DNA of 32,000 nt from Synechococcus sp. A15-28 (GCF_014280175.1 NZ_CP047931.1:2070001-2102000), one strand, 5' to 3'. Positions 1 to 10,885 are shown, counted from the first letter of the stretch. The notes: generated from the sequence alone by a model not told the origin. Numbers and translations: made by a program.

Positions 1-208
1 ACTCGCCCCCTGAGGTGTTCGGCCATGGCGAGCGCGTGGGAGGGGTCTCCCCCCCTGGGAGGCATCACCTCCGCTGTGATCGCCTGCTGACCGGACTCAA
101 TCGCGCGTTGGAGCGCCGTCGCCAAACCCTGAACTGCCGATGGGGCCCACTATGCAGGATCAGATCATCCAACGGCACTACCATGGGCCGAAAGGGGGGT
201 TGAGGCCC

Positions 209-484
209 ATGTCCAGCAGCGATCCAAGTGATCCCCTCAATATTGCCCTCTCGGCTCGGGAGATTGAGATCATCGAATTGGTGGCCGAGGGTCTCACCAA
301 TCAGGAGATCGCTGATCGGCTGACCATCAGCAAACGCACGGTGGACAACCACGTCAGCAATGTGTTCACCAAAACCGGCTCGAAAAACCGCGTGGCCCTG
401 CTGAACTGGGCGATGGACAACGGCAAGATCTGCCGGGACGGCTTCAACTGCTGTGCCCTTCCAGATGCCGACGGCCCCGAATGA
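209..484 (+). CDS. Small stand-alone LuxR-family HTH transcriptional regulator (PedR-like; 91 aa if started at 209, longer ORF begins at 140)
   Basis: Protein contains LSAREIEIIELVAEGLTNQEIADRLTISKRTVDNHVSNVFTKTGSKNRVALLNWA, a classic LuxR/GerE HTH; no receiver domain; Cys-containing C-terminus (KICRDGFNCC). Confidence 0.82.
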   Translation: MSSSDPSDPLNIALSAREIEIIELVAEGLTNQEIADRLTISKRTVDNHVSNVFTKTGSKNRVALLNWAMDNGKICRDGFNCCALPDADGPE

Positions 485-687
485 TCACCCCCGGCTGAGC
501 TGGATCGGGGAGGTCTTGGAGTGAGCTGGGGGCCAGCTGAATCTGGAACAAGGCGGCGTATTCGACGCAGGCTTCCAGGCTGGAACCGACAAAGCGCAGC
601 ATTCCTTCCCGGTCGTACAAACCCACCATCGGCGTCACGCCAGTACAGGCAAATCTAAAGCAAATCAAAAGAGACTTCCAGGCTGGC

Positions 688-1194
688 TCAGGCAAAACCG
701 AACGCCTCTCGCTCCGCCAGGGGCCAATCCTGCAGAGGCCGCCGGGCCAGGGCTGCATTGGACCAACGACCATCCCCGGTGATCTCGCGCCCGCACCAGG
801 CCGGAATCTCAAGCGCTGTCTGCGCAGACGGCAATTCCACCTCCGCCAGCAGCAGCGGGCCATTGCGTCCTGCAAACTGATCCACGACCCAGTCCCCACC
901 AACCAGCGACAGGGCAAAACGGGTCTTCTCCAGACGATGGGGAGCCAGGGTCCACAGCGACTCGGCATCCGAAACCGGAATGGCGTACTCGAATTCATGG
1001 CGCACCAGCCCGATGGCGTCAGCGGCCGCCTTCAGGGTCAGCCAGGCGGCCTCTACGCCACGCAGACGAACACGCACCGTCACCCCATCGGCGCTGGCGG
1101 CCAGATAGCCCTGGCGCAGCGGCTGGGGCGCTCCAGCCAACGATCGCCAGCCCTCACCGGTCAGGAGAAAGCGTCGTTCGATTTCGACAGCCAC
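688..1194 (-). CDS. CYTH domain-containing protein (triphosphate tunnel metalloenzyme-like)
   Basis: N-terminal MAVEIERRFLL (ExExK-type motif), LRQGYLAA, VRVRLRG, FEYAIP, WVVDQFAG..LLLAEVELPS, typical of CYTH proteins. Confidence 0.88.
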   Translation of the reverse strand: MAVEIERRFLLTGEGWRSLAGAPQPLRQGYLAASADGVTVRVRLRGVEAAWLTLKAAADAIGLVRHEFEYAIPVSDAESLWTLAPHRLEKTRFALSLVGGDWVVDQFAGRNGPLLLAEVELPSAQTALEIPAWCGREITGDGRWSNAALARRPLQDWPLAEREAFGFA

Positions 1195-1201
1195 GGCTCG
1201 C

Positions 1202-2152
1202 TCAGTTATGGGACGGCTGGGCGGCCATCAGGCTTCCGGCCCAGTGCAGCTTGGAGGCCACAGTGCGGTAATAAGAGGGGCTCTGGTTCAGCTGCACCAT
1301 CTGGGCATGGTGGCGTGCCTGTTGCACCACGCAGCACTCGCCGGGTTCCAGCACCGTGCAGCCAACCCCGTCCTTCCACAGCTTGACCCGGTGATCCCCC
1401 GCCCCGAGGGGCCAGATCACCAGACGGGCCCGCGGCGGCACCACCACCGTGCGGCTGGAGAGGCTCATCGGACAGATCGGAGCCACCACGATGGCGTCGA
1501 TGCCGGGATGCAGGATCGGGCCTCCCGCGGCCAGGGCATACCCCGTGGAACCGGTGGGCGTGGAGAGGATCAACCCATCGCCGCGGATCTGGTCCACCAC
1601 TTCCCCATCGATCTCCAGTTCAAGGGTGCAGGTGGGTGAAATCTCGTCGCGGTAGGCGCGCAGATAGAAGTCGTTGAGAGCCCAGTGATGCTCTTCGTCG
1701 TCCTCAAGATCAGGCTGCTGAAGAGGCGCTGGTGCGTTCGCCCGTTCTTCAGCGCTGCGGCGATCCACCATGGCCTGAAGCATCATCCTCCGCTCCATGG
1801 CGTACTGATCGTTGACCAGTCGCTGCCAGATCTCATTGCCCCGGAGAACACGGCGATCGTGGGTGAGGAAGCCGAGATGGCCCCCCACATTGATGCTGAG
1901 GATGGGAATGTCGTACACCGCCAGGTGACGGGCGGCCCCAAGAACCGTGCCATCACCGCCGAGGACCACCGCCAGATCCGGCAGTTGCTCATGGGTTGCC
2001 AGCAGCCCGGGGAATGGATTGACGCGGGCCCCTGACATGGCGGTGGTCACCTCACTGCCGAAGGCCTTCAGCTCCTTGGCACATTGACGGGCTTCACGCT
2101 GAGCCGGTTGGCTGTCAGCCCGATAGATCACCCAGACCCGATCGAGACGCAT
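1202..2152 (-). CDS. nadK: NAD(+) kinase
   Basis: [45 protein letters not shown] motifs; 316 aa. Confidence 0.95.
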   Translation of the reverse strand: MRLDRVWVIYRADSQPAQREARQCAKELKAFGSEVTTAMSGARVNPFPGLLATHEQLPDLAVVLGGDGTVLGAARHLAVYDIPILSINVGGHLGFLTHDRRVLRGNEIWQRLVNDQYAMERRMMLQAMVDRRSAEERANAPAPLQQPDLEDDEEHHWALNDFYLRAYRDEISPTCTLELEIDGEVVDQIRGDGLILSTPTGSTGYALAAGGPILHPGIDAIVVAPICPMSLSSRTVVVPPRARLVIWPLGAGDHRVKLWKDGVGCTVLEPGECCVVQQARHHAQMVQLNQSPSYYRTVASKLHWAGSLMAAQPSHN

Positions 2153-2167
2153 GGCCCCTGTGGATGG

Positions 2168-2497
2168 TTACCAGCGGAGCAGATTGAACTGTTCCATGTC
2201 GACGGTAACCCTGTTGCGATAAAGCGACAGCAGGATGGCCAAACCCACGGCGGCTTCAGCAGCAGCCACGGTGATGACGAAAACGGTGAACACCTGACCG
2301 CGGATCAGATCGCCATCCACATAGGAGGAGAAGGCCATCAGGTTGATGTTCACGGCATTGAGCATCAGCTCGATACTCATCAGCACACGCACGGCGTTGC
2401 GGCTGTTAATCAGCCCCCAGACGCCGATGCAGAACAACATCGCGGCCAACAGCAGAAAGGCCTGAAGCGAAGGGAGTTGGGATAAAAGCTCGGTCAT
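2168..2497 (-). CDS. ndhE: NAD(P)H-quinone oxidoreductase subunit 4L (NdhE/NuoK)
   Basis: 109 aa hydrophobic protein with [34 protein letters not shown]; located in an ndhA-I-G-E cluster. Confidence 0.96.
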   Translation of the reverse strand: MTELLSQLPSLQAFLLLAAMLFCIGVWGLINSRNAVRVLMSIELMLNAVNINLMAFSSYVDGDLIRGQVFTVFVITVAAAEAAVGLAILLSLYRNRVTVDMEQFNLLRW

Positions 2498-2507
2498 CGT
2501 TCAGAGG

Positions 2508-3110
2508 TCAGGAAGAAGGACGCTCAACCAGCAGCGGCGTGCGGGATTTTTCGATCAGGCCCTGATCAGCGGCTTCACCGGTGACGACGTCTGTCGCCAA
2601 CACATCCCGGCGGGCCAGGACGATGGCGCCGATCATCGCCATCAGCAGCAGCACAGAGGCCACTTCGAAGGGCAGCAGGTAGTCGGTGAACAGGTGCTCA
2701 CCGATGCGAGCGGTGGCCTCTTCACCAACGGCGGCAGGACCGGGCAGGGCCCATGGGGTGGTGACCACAACCCGCACCAGTAGGGCCAGCAAGCCCAGAC
2801 AAACCCCGCCGGAAACGGCCCGACGAACGTTCAAACCGGCGATGGCCTTGAGGTCTTCCCGCTTGTTCACGAGCATGATCGCGAACAGGATCAGCACATT
2901 GATCGCCCCGACGTAAACCAGGATCTGGGCAGCGGCGACAAAACTGGCGTTCAGCAGCAGGTAAAGACCGGCCACGGCCATGAATACCCCTCCGAGCAGG
3001 AAGGCGGAATAGACGATGTTGCTGAGCAGAACGACCCCGAGCGCCCCGGTCACCACAACCGCGGACAGCACCAGGAAACAGATCACCTCTGTGGTGGTCG
3101 CAATGCTCAT
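2508..3110 (-). CDS. ndhG: NAD(P)H-quinone oxidoreductase subunit 6 (NdhG/NuoJ)
   Basis: 200 aa membrane protein with [24 protein letters not shown]; 4-nt overlap with upstream ndhI. Confidence 0.95.
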   Translation of the reverse strand: MSIATTTEVICFLVLSAVVVTGALGVVLLSNIVYSAFLLGGVFMAVAGLYLLLNASFVAAAQILVYVGAINVLILFAIMLVNKREDLKAIAGLNVRRAVSGGVCLGLLALLVRVVVTTPWALPGPAAVGEEATARIGEHLFTDYLLPFEVASVLLLMAMIGAIVLARRDVLATDVVTGEAADQGLIEKSRTPLLVERPSS

Positions 3111-3754
3111 GCGTCGCTCTCCTTGGCGTCACCGCTGGATTGTCCCTCATTCTTGGCCGCAGCCTTCGCGGGAGGGGCCAGGGTTTCCAGCACCTCAGAG
3201 GGAAGCTTTCCAGCACGGGGGCGATCATTCGCCACACCATGGGGATCGATCTCGCCGGCGGGAAGGTAGGCGAGCTCACGCAGGGGCTGCACCGAAGGAT
3301 CGGTGGTCACGCTGGTGGGCAGCCTGCCCAGAGCGACGTTGTCGTAGTTGAGGCTGTGACGATCAAATGCCGCCAATTCGTATTCCTCGGTCATCGAAAG
3401 GCAGTTGGTGGGGCAGTACTCCACACAGTTGCCGCAGAAGATGCAGACACCGAAATCGATGGAATAGTTGCGCAGCTCCTTCTTCTTGGTGGCCTTGTTC
3501 ATCACGTAATCGACCACCGGAAGGTTGATCGGGCAGACCCGAACACAAACCTCACAGGCGATGCATTTGTCGAACTCGTAGTGAATCCGGCCGCGGTACC
3601 GCTCCGAAGGGATCAGCTTTTCGTAGGGGTACTGCACCGTCACCGGACGGCGTTTCATGTGGTCAAAAGTGACCGAAAAACCCTGGGCCAGGTTGCGCGC
3701 GGCATCCACGGCATCCCGCGTGTAATCACCAACCTGTTTGAGAAATCCGAACAT
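3107..3754 (-). CDS. ndhI: NAD(P)H-quinone oxidoreductase subunit I (two 4Fe-4S clusters)
   Basis: [16 protein letters not shown] and [24 protein letters not shown] ferredoxin-type motifs. Confidence 0.97.
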   Translation of the reverse strand: MFGFLKQVGDYTRDAVDAARNLAQGFSVTFDHMKRRPVTVQYPYEKLIPSERYRGRIHYEFDKCIACEVCVRVCPINLPVVDYVMNKATKKKELRNYSIDFGVCIFCGNCVEYCPTNCLSMTEEYELAAFDRHSLNYDNVALGRLPTSVTTDPSVQPLRELAYLPAGEIDPHGVANDRPRAGKLPSEVLETLAPPAKAAAKNEGQSSGDAKESDA

Positions 3755-3828
3755 GGCGAGAAGCCTGGAAGAGAAGGAGGGTCAGGTCACCGAAACCATG
3801 ATGGCCGGTGCAGCACGATCCAGAGGGA

Positions 3829-4950
3829 TCAACCGCCGAAGGCCACAGGAAACGCCAGTTTGAGAGCAGCGGTCACCAGCAGGTTGACCAGGGACAAGGG
3901 CAGCAAGAATTTCCAGCCAAGATCCAGCAGCTGGTCAATGCGAACCCGGGGGGTGGTCCAGCGCAGAAGGATGGCCACAAACACCAGCAGATAGGCCTTC
4001 AGCACCGTCATCACGATGCCGACGGAACCGGTGATCACCTGAACGACCGGGGCATCGATCGGCTGGTTCAACCAACCCGCCAGCCATTCAACGGGGATCG
4101 GGAAGCCCCAGCCCCCCAGATAGAGAACGGAAACCAGAACCGCCGACAGCACCAGGTTGATGTAGCCCGCCAGATAGAAGAGGGCGAACTTCATACCGGC
4201 GTATTCGGTCTGATAACCCGCCACCAGTTCCTCTTCGGCCTCAGGAAGGTCGAAGGGCAGACGTTCGCACTCCGCCAGCGCACAGATCCAGAAGATCAGA
4301 AACCCGACGGGTTGGCGCCAGATGTTCCAGCTCAGGATGCCGGCGCCGGTCTGCTGACCGACGATGTCGACCGTGCTGAGGGAGTTGCTCATCATCACGA
4401 TGGCCAGCACCGCCAGCGCCAGGGGAATTTCGTAGCTGATGGATTGGGCTGCAGCCCGCAGACCTCCCAGCAACGAATACTTGTTGTTGGACGCATAGCC
4501 ACTCATCAGCAGACCGATGGGCTGAATGCTGCTGAAAGCGATCCAGAGAAAAATGCCGACGCCGACATTGCTGATCAGCAGGTTCTGACCGAAGGGAATG
4601 ATCAGCCAGGAGATGATCACCGGAATCACCACCAGCACAGGACCGATGGTGAACAGAAGGCTGTCGGCACGGGCCGGGATGATGTCCTCCTTCACCAACA
4701 GCTTGAGGCCGTCCGCCAGTGGCTGAAGCACCCCCAGGGCACCGGCGTACTCAGGTCCGATCCGCTGCTGCACTGCCGCGGAGATCTTGCGCTCCAGCCA
4801 GACCGACACCAGCACGCCGACCACGGCGGCCACCAGCACCAGGAGCATCGGCAGGGGCAACCAGAGCAGCCTTGCGGCCTGTTCCGACAGGCCCAGACCC
4901 TGCAGTGCCTGGCTGAAACTCAGTTCAAGGTCCAGTCCCGGACTCACCAT
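3829..4950 (-). CDS. ndhA: NAD(P)H-quinone oxidoreductase subunit 1 (NdhA/NuoH)
   Basis: 373 aa; [65 protein letters not shown], conserved NuoH motifs. Confidence 0.97.
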   Translation of the reverse strand: MVSPGLDLELSFSQALQGLGLSEQAARLLWLPLPMLLVLVAAVVGVLVSVWLERKISAAVQQRIGPEYAGALGVLQPLADGLKLLVKEDIIPARADSLLFTIGPVLVVIPVIISWLIIPFGQNLLISNVGVGIFLWIAFSSIQPIGLLMSGYASNNKYSLLGGLRAAAQSISYEIPLALAVLAIVMMSNSLSTVDIVGQQTGAGILSWNIWRQPVGFLIFWICALAECERLPFDLPEAEEELVAGYQTEYAGMKFALFYLAGYINLVLSAVLVSVLYLGGWGFPIPVEWLAGWLNQPIDAPVVQVITGSVGIVMTVLKAYLLVFVAILLRWTTPRVRIDQLLDLGWKFLLPLSLVNLLVTAALKLAFPVAFGG

Positions 4951-4974
4951 GGTGTCGACTGAAGTGCCTGCAAC

Positions 4975-6165
4975 TTAAGCGGCCGAAGCGGATGCTCGCT
5001 CGTCCATGGGCATCCACGCGCGTGGCTGGGACCCCGAATAGATCTGCGATGGGCGAAAAATGCGGTTGGCCCCGAGCTGTTCACGCCAGTGGGCCAACCA
5101 ACCGGCGACCCGAGCGATGGCGAAGACCGGCGTGAACAGATCCCTGGGGATGCCCAGCTTGCGGTACACAAGCCCGGAGTAGAAGTCGACGTTGGGGTAG
5201 ATCCCCTTGGGCCCCAGCCGGGACTCCGCCTCCCGCTCGATGGCCACCGCCACGTCGTAAAGGTCGTCGTGGCCAAAGCGGGCGAACATGTCTTCCACAA
5301 AGGCCTGAAGAATCACTGCCCGGGGATCCTTCACCTTGTATTCCCGGTGGCCGAAACCCATGATCTTGCTTTTGGCGGCTATGGCCTCATCGAGGAAGGC
5401 GCCAGCTTTTTCGGGGGCTCCGACCTCCTCCAGCATCGCCAGAACGTCCTCGTTTGCCCCACCGTGCAGGGGCCCAGCCAGGGTGCCCACCGCGGAAGCC
5501 ACCACGGCGTAGGGATCGGTGAGGGTGCTGGCGGTGACGCGGGCGCTGAACGTACTGGCGTTGAGGCTGTGCTCGGCATGGAGCATCAGGCAACGGTCGA
5601 AGATGCGGGCCGCCATGGGGTCCGGCTCACGCTCAGTGAGCATGTAGAGGAAATTTGCGGAATAGGCCAGATCGTCGCGGGGCTGAATCGGATCCTGGCC
5701 CTTTCGAATCAGCTGAAAGGCCGCAACCATCGTGGGAATCTTGGCGATCAGCCGCACCACCGCGTCGTAGACGTACTGGGGGTCGTCGATGGCGCGACGG
5801 GAATAGAACAACCCCAGGGATGCTGCGCTGGATTGCAGGGCATCCATCGGATGCCCACTGGCGGGGAAGCACTTCATCATGTCCCGCACCCGGAAGCTCA
5901 CCCGTCGGTGCATCTGCACAGCGTGTTCGAACTCCGCCAGTTGATCGCGGCTTGGCAGTTCCCCCAAGATCAACAGAAAGGCGGTTTCCAGGAAGCTGCT
6001 GTTCGCCGCCAGGTCCTGAATCGGGTAGCCGCGGTAGGTCAGCAGGCCCTGCTCGCCATCGATGTCACAGATGGCGGACTGGGTGGCCGGTACACCGTCC
6101 AGACCGGGTCGGAGTTCGATGCCTGTCCGCGCATGGCGCAGGTCCCCTGACTGCTGCTGAGCCAC
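4975..6165 (-). CDS. gltA: Citrate synthase
   Basis: GLDGVPATQSAICDIDGEQGLLTYRGYPIQDLA, LHAEHSLNASTFSARV, GPLHGGANEDVLAML, GFGHREYKVKDPRA. Confidence 0.96.
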   Translation of the reverse strand: MAQQQSGDLRHARTGIELRPGLDGVPATQSAICDIDGEQGLLTYRGYPIQDLAANSSFLETAFLLILGELPSRDQLAEFEHAVQMHRRVSFRVRDMMKCFPASGHPMDALQSSAASLGLFYSRRAIDDPQYVYDAVVRLIAKIPTMVAAFQLIRKGQDPIQPRDDLAYSANFLYMLTEREPDPMAARIFDRCLMLHAEHSLNASTFSARVTASTLTDPYAVVASAVGTLAGPLHGGANEDVLAMLEEVGAPEKAGAFLDEAIAAKSKIMGFGHREYKVKDPRAVILQAFVEDMFARFGHDDLYDVAVAIEREAESRLGPKGIYPNVDFYSGLVYRKLGIPRDLFTPVFAIARVAGWLAHWREQLGANRIFRPSQIYSGSQPRAWMPMDERASASAA

Positions 6166-6204
6166 CGCCGCTTCGTCACTAATGGCAAACCTAAGCCGGC
6201 CGGA

Positions 6205-6717
6205 TCAGATTCCCCTGGTGCCCTGCAGCAGTCCGGGCCGCAGCAGGGCCTCGAGCGACCAGCCCCCAGGTCTGGATCGCAGCTGCACCAGACCGGCCTT
6301 TCGAATCCGCAGGGATCCGGGCGGCAGCCTCAGAAGGTCGCAGGCCAACAAGCCCAGGTCCGGTTCATGACCCACCAGGGCAATGGAGCCACTGTGGTCG
6401 TCGAGCAACGCAGCGACCAGTCCGCCGGGGCAGAGCCGGTCGTCGCTGTCCAGCACGGGGGCCAGACCGGCCTGCAGCGCGATCTGTGCGGTCTCCAGGG
6501 CACGGACGTAGGGACTGGTCACCAGTCGATCCATTCGTAAACCACCTGCCACCAGAGCCTCCATCACCGCCTGGGTGCGGCGGCGCCCCCTCTGCGTCAG
6601 CGGCCGGTCAGCGGCATCGCGCCCCTCCACTCGCGCCACGGCGATGCCGTGGCGCAGCAGCACCAGCTCATCCAAGCTCGAGTCGGGCATGCAGGGGGAG
6701 AACAGAGCTCCCCTCAT
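6205..6717 (-). CDS. Histidine phosphatase family protein, SixA-like phosphohistidine phosphatase (likely start at internal Met, 6690)
   Basis: ELVLLRHGIAVA, RPLTQRGRRRTQAV, TSPYVRALETAQIA, SIALVGHEPDLGLLA, the RHG phosphatase signature. Confidence 0.88.
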   Translation of the reverse strand: MRGALFSPCMPDSSLDELVLLRHGIAVARVEGRDAADRPLTQRGRRRTQAVMEALVAGGLRMDRLVTSPYVRALETAQIALQAGLAPVLDSDDRLCPGGLVAALLDDHSGSIALVGHEPDLGLLACDLLRLPPGSLRIRKAGLVQLRSRPGGWSLEALLRPGLLQGTRGI

Positions 6718-8242
6718 CCTGACGATCCGCCTCCAGGCTCAGGCTGAGCCCCTGAATCCGTGACTGCAAGGTCTGTCCTGCCATGGCCTGCAACAGGGAC
6801 CAGGGCTGCCATTGCGCCAGAACAGCGCGGGCTGGCGTTGAGGCCAGCATCAGGGACTGGACCGGAGCGGACTGGAGACGACTGAGGTTGCGCCACTGGT
6901 GCAGGCGTGGCTCGAGAGCCCGAACGTCCTGCCGTTGCGTCAAGGCCGGCAGGGTCTCTGCCCACCAATCGCGATCGTTATCCGTTGATCGCGCCAGCGC
7001 CAGGCTGGCTTCCACGCCGGCACTGCGGCCCCGTTGCCGCGTCAGCCGTGTCCACACCTGAATCGATTCGCCATCACCGCTCAGATCGGACTGGGCCAGC
7101 CCCTGGGCCTTGAGCTGGTCATCCACCGCCGACAGATCCGGTTCGTCATGGCCGCTGGCCAACAGCCAGCCCTCGTCTTGTTGCTGCCACAGCAGGGGGC
7201 CCTCATCCAGCTCCAGCACGGCCAGGGCCGCCGGCTGCTGAGCAAGTCGCTGCTTGAGCACAGGCCCGAGCCACTGCGCCAGAGGGTGACCTTCATCCGG
7301 GTCGAGCAGGCGGTGTGGGTTCTGCAGCTGGGCCATCAGGCTGGCGCGACCACCGGAACCACTCACAAGATCCCGCTGAACAGGCCAGGGTTCGGCCTCG
7401 ATCGTCTCCTGCCAACGCAGGCGACCCTCCATCAGCAGATCGGCGTTCTCCGCCTGCAGGGCCGCCACCATCCCCTCAAGTCCACTCAGGGCCGTAGGCA
7501 GGTCGAACCAGCGCCGCAACGCCTCGGGGGAGGCCGTCAGCAGGGCCACCCCATGGTCCAGCTCAGCCATCTCCCGCCCCAGCTGCTCATCGCCGAGCTG
7601 ATGCTGCTGCTGAAGCTGAGAGACATCCAGAACCCGCTCCAGCACCCCCCGCCCGGAGGCCAACAGCACCAGGTCTTCGTCAATCAGGGCCGACGCCAGA
7701 GGCTGCGGTTCCCGACCCACCAGGGCACCACGGCCGCTGATCAGTCCCATGCCCCGATAGCTGCTGATCTGCAGATCGGTGCCCGCCAGGCTGCGGGTCT
7801 GCCAGAAGCGTTGCAGAAAACGGCGGGCGCCATCGCTGTCGCTGCTCGTCAACGCCAGCACCCAACCCGGCGTATCGCTGGCATCCAGAAGGGTGAGGCT
7901 GAGTTCCGGCCCCACCCAGCCAGCGAGTTCAGCGTCGAAGTCGAGCCCCGCCAGCGCGAAGGCACCATCACGCCACTGACGCATTCCATCCCGTGCCGCC
8001 CGCCGCTGACGCGGAGGTGCCACCGCCTGGGCATAGGCCGGCAGACGCGCAGTGTCAGCCAGCCAATGCAGCGACAGGGCCGCATTGCGGGGGACGAAAC
8101 GGGCCGCCCGTGGCAGGTGCAACGGTTGGTCCACCAGATGGAGCGGACTGCGCCGTTCCAACCCCCAGAGCAGGCCGGTGGTCACCAGCACCAGGGAGAG
8201 CACGGCGGCGGCCAGAGCCGTCAGAAAGGAGCGGGCCTGCAT
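6668..8242 (-). CDS. DUF3352 domain-containing protein, N-terminal membrane anchor
   Basis: 524 aa; N-terminal TM segment followed by PRAARFVPRNAALSLHWLAD..., resembling the cyanobacterial DUF3352 family; extended reading frame with minus-strand neighbours. Confidence 0.8.
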   Translation of the reverse strand: MQARSFLTALAAAVLSLVLVTTGLLWGLERRSPLHLVDQPLHLPRAARFVPRNAALSLHWLADTARLPAYAQAVAPPRQRRAARDGMRQWRDGAFALAGLDFDAELAGWVGPELSLTLLDASDTPGWVLALTSSDSDGARRFLQRFWQTRSLAGTDLQISSYRGMGLISGRGALVGREPQPLASALIDEDLVLLASGRGVLERVLDVSQLQQQHQLGDEQLGREMAELDHGVALLTASPEALRRWFDLPTALSGLEGMVAALQAENADLLMEGRLRWQETIEAEPWPVQRDLVSGSGGRASLMAQLQNPHRLLDPDEGHPLAQWLGPVLKQRLAQQPAALAVLELDEGPLLWQQQDEGWLLASGHDEPDLSAVDDQLKAQGLAQSDLSGDGESIQVWTRLTRQRGRSAGVEASLALARSTDNDRDWWAETLPALTQRQDVRALEPRLHQWRNLSRLQSAPVQSLMLASTPARAVLAQWQPWSLLQAMAGQTLQSRIQGLSLSLEADRQDEGSSVLPLHARLELG

Positions 8243-8295
8243 GGGCCTGCGAAGTCAGATGACGTCATCTTTGTCCATCGCCGCAGAATGGCGCC

Positions 8296-8649
8296 ATGGA
8301 ATCGACCCACCCACGCCCGATTCAAGCCCGGGATCTGCACGCCTGGCTCCAGGACGACCGCCCCGATCCCCTGCTGGTGGACGTGCGGGAGGACGCGGAA
8401 CTGGAGCTGGCCCGCTTCCCCGCGGAGGTGCAGCACTGGCCTCTGAGCCGATCCGACGCCTGGCTGGAGTCCGTCCCCCAGCAGCTGGCGAATGACCGTC
8501 CTGTCGTGGTGATCTGCCATGCCGGTGTGCGCAGCCTCCATTTGGGTTTGTGGCTGCTGCAACAGATGCCTGAGCTGGAGGTGTGGAACCTTGAAGGGGG
8601 TATCGATGCCTGGAGCGTTCACGTGGATCCGTCGGTGCCCCGCTACTGA
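8296..8649 (+). CDS. Rhodanese-like domain protein
   Basis: PLLVDVREDAELELARFP, VVVICHAGVRSLHLGLWLL (catalytic Cys loop), VWNLEGGIDAWS. Confidence 0.93.
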   Translation: MESTHPRPIQARDLHAWLQDDRPDPLLVDVREDAELELARFPAEVQHWPLSRSDAWLESVPQQLANDRPVVVICHAGVRSLHLGLWLLQQMPELEVWNLEGGIDAWSVHVDPSVPRY

Positions 8650-9623
8650 TGAAGCCTCTGTCCCCCAGGCAACAACAGGTGCTGCAGGCCACGGTCAACC
8701 ACTACGTGGACACGATGGAACCGGTGGGCAGCCGCACGCTGGTGCAGCGCTTCGGCATTCCCGCCAGCTCCGCCACGGTTCGTTCAGCGATGGGGGCACT
8801 GGAAAAACGGGGTCTGCTGACTCAGCCCCACACCTCAGCCGGCCGCATCCCCAGCGCCCTTGGTTATCGCCATTACGTCGACGACCTGCTGCCGGAACCG
8901 GGGGTCGCCGTGCAGCACCTGGAACGGGAAATCACGGGCCTGAGCCTGCGCTGGGCGGCCCTGGATGACCTTCTCCAGCAACTGGCCCGTCGCTTGACCG
9001 ACTTCACCGGGCTGATGAGTTTGATCACCCGCCCGCAGCAACCCCGAGCGCAGCTGGAGGCCATCCGTCTGGTGCAGAGCGGTGATCGTCTCCTGGTGAT
9101 GCTGGTGGAGGACAGCGGCCTCGCCAGCCATCTCAACCTGCGGCTACCACCGGGAGCCGGCGATGAACTGACGGCCATGGAACGCTGGACCGATCAACAG
9201 CTGGAGGAAGGCACCCTCAACTGGCAATCCCTGCCACCCCATCTGCAACGCAGCGGCAACGTGCTGCGCAGTGCCCTCGACCACCCCTCCATGTCCCCCG
9301 AGACGCCCCTCGTGGTGCATGGGCTCTCCAGATTAGTGGCCGAACCGGAATTCCACACCACAACAGAGCTGCGACCACTGCTGGAGTTGATCGATGACCA
9401 GCCCTGTGCCGTGGTCAGTGCCACCGATCAACCGGGGGTCTGGATTGGGGAGGAACATCCCCAAAAGGCCCTGCAGGCCTGTTCAGTCGTCCAGGCCCCG
9501 TACCGCTGCGGCCAGGAAGGAGTGGGTCAGGTGGCCTTGGTGGGACCGATGCGGATGACCTATGCCACGGCCCACGCCGCCGTCCAGCGGGTGGCCCGCC
9601 ACCTCGATCTGCTGCTCTGCTGA
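8649..9623 (+). CDS. hrcA: Heat-inducible transcription repressor HrcA
   Basis: LSPRQQQVLQATVNHYVDTMEPVGSRTLVQRFGIPASSATVRSAMGALEKRGLLTQPHTSAGRIPSALGYRHYVDDLL; C-terminal domain with IVQAPYRCGQEGVGQVALVGPMRMTY. Confidence 0.95.
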   Translation: MKPLSPRQQQVLQATVNHYVDTMEPVGSRTLVQRFGIPASSATVRSAMGALEKRGLLTQPHTSAGRIPSALGYRHYVDDLLPEPGVAVQHLEREITGLSLRWAALDDLLQQLARRLTDFTGLMSLITRPQQPRAQLEAIRLVQSGDRLLVMLVEDSGLASHLNLRLPPGAGDELTAMERWTDQQLEEGTLNWQSLPPHLQRSGNVLRSALDHPSMSPETPLVVHGLSRLVAEPEFHTTTELRPLLELIDDQPCAVVSATDQPGVWIGEEHPQKALQACSVVQAPYRCGQEGVGQVALVGPMRMTYATAHAAVQRVARHLDLLLC

Positions 9624-9628
9624 GCCGA

Positions 9629-10885
9629 TCAGAGCTGATCACCCAGCTTTTCAGCCACGGTGTTGACGTCCTTGTCGCCGCGACCGGAGCAGTTGATCAC
9701 GATCTCGCTGCCCTCAGGCAGCGTGGGGCAGAGGGTCTCCAGCCAGGCGAAGGCATGGGCGGTCTCCAGGGCCGGAATGATCCCCTCCAGCTCACTCACC
9801 AGGCGCAGGGCATCGAGGGCCTGCTGATCGGTGACGGCGCCGTACTCAGCCCGTCCGATCTCGCGCAGGTAGCTGTGCTCAGGGCCCACACCCGGGTAAT
9901 CGAGACCGGCGCTGATCGAATGGGCTTCCTGCACCTGTCCGTCGTTGTCCTGCAGCAGCAGGCTCATGGCGCCATGGAGCACCCCGGCACGACCTTCGGT
10001 GATGGTGGCGGCATGGCGACCGGTGGCGACGCCATCACCAGCGGCTTCGACACCGATCAAACGCACATTGGTGCACTCCACAAAGGGGTGGAACAGCCCC
10101 ATGGCATTGGAGCCACCGCCCACGCAGGCCATCAGCACATCCGGCAGGCGACCGAAAGCCTCACGGCACTGCTGACGGGCTTCCTGACCGATCACGGCAT
10201 GAAAATCCCGCACCAGCATCGGGTAGGGATGGGGGCCGGCGACGGATCCCAGGATGTAGTGGGTTGTCTCGACGTTGGTGACCCAGTCGCGGATCGCTTC
10301 GCTGGTGGCGTCCTTCAGGGTGGCGGTCCCGGCCGTGACCGGTTGAACCGTGGCCCCCAGCAGGCGCATCCGGAACACATTCAGGGCCTGGCGCCGCATG
10401 TCTTCGGCGCCCATGTAGATCACACACTCCAGACCGAAGCGGGCGCAGACGGTGGCCGTCGCCACACCGTGCTGGCCGGCACCGGTCTCGGCGATGATCC
10501 GCTTCTTGCCCATGCGCAGGGCCAACAGCGCCTGGCCGAGGGCGTTGTTGATCTTGTGGGCGCCGGTGTGATTCAGGTCCTCACGCTTGAGCCAGATGCG
10601 GGGGCCACCATCGGCGCGGCGGTAGTGGGCCGTCAGCCGTTCAGCTTCGTAAAGCGGTGTGGCCCGGCCGACGTAGTTCTTGAGCAGCTGGTTGAGTTCT
10701 GCGGTGAAGGCGGGATCGTTCCAGGCCTGGGCCGCGGCCTGCTCCAGCTCCGCCAGAGCCGGCATCAGGGTTTCCGGAACGTACTGGCCACCGAAACGAC
10801 CGAAGCGACCGTGGGCTCCAGGACGCACGGAAGGCTGCAGGCTGGCGGGATCCGGCGTGCTGGCGGTCGGCAGGGTGCTGGTCAC
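9629..10885 (-). CDS. trpB: Tryptophan synthase beta chain
   Basis: [74 protein letters not shown]. Confidence 0.98.
   Translation of the reverse strand: MTSTLPTASTPDPASLQPSVRPGAHGRFGRFGGQYVPETLMPALAELEQAAAQAWNDPAFTAELNQLLKNYVGRATPLYEAERLTAHYRRADGGPRIWLKREDLNHTGAHKINNALGQALLALRMGKKRIIAETGAGQHGVATATVCARFGLECVIYMGAEDMRRQALNVFRMRLLGATVQPVTAGTATLKDATSEAIRDWVTNVETTHYILGSVAGPHPYPMLVRDFHAVIGQEARQQCREAFGRLPDVLMACVGGGSNAMGLFHPFVECTNVRLIGVEAAGDGVATGRHAATITEGRAGVLHGAMSLLLQDNDGQVQEAHSISAGLDYPGVGPEHSYLREIGRAEYGAVTDQQALDALRLVSELEGIIPALETAHAFAWLETLCPTLPEGSEIVINCSGRGDKDVNTVAEKLGDQL

Noticed and set aside
444-998. 184-aa minus strand ORF overlapping the CYTH gene and the LuxR gene end
   Set aside because: Overlaps two better-supported genes and has Arg/Trp/Pro-rich, non-conserved-looking sequence.
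3808-4962. 384-aa + strand ORF antisense to ndhA
   Set aside because: Composition is an antisense artefact (QHQVDVARQ..., [10 protein letters not shown]...); ndhA is unambiguous on the minus strand.
5089-6150. 353-aa + strand ORF antisense to gltA
   Set aside because: Shadow ORF over strongly conserved citrate synthase motifs.
7034-8446. Long + strand ORF (470 aa) opposite the DUF3352 gene
   Set aside because: Low-complexity Gln/His/Arg-rich translation typical of an antisense shadow of a high-GC gene; the minus-strand protein has a proper membrane anchor and family resemblance.
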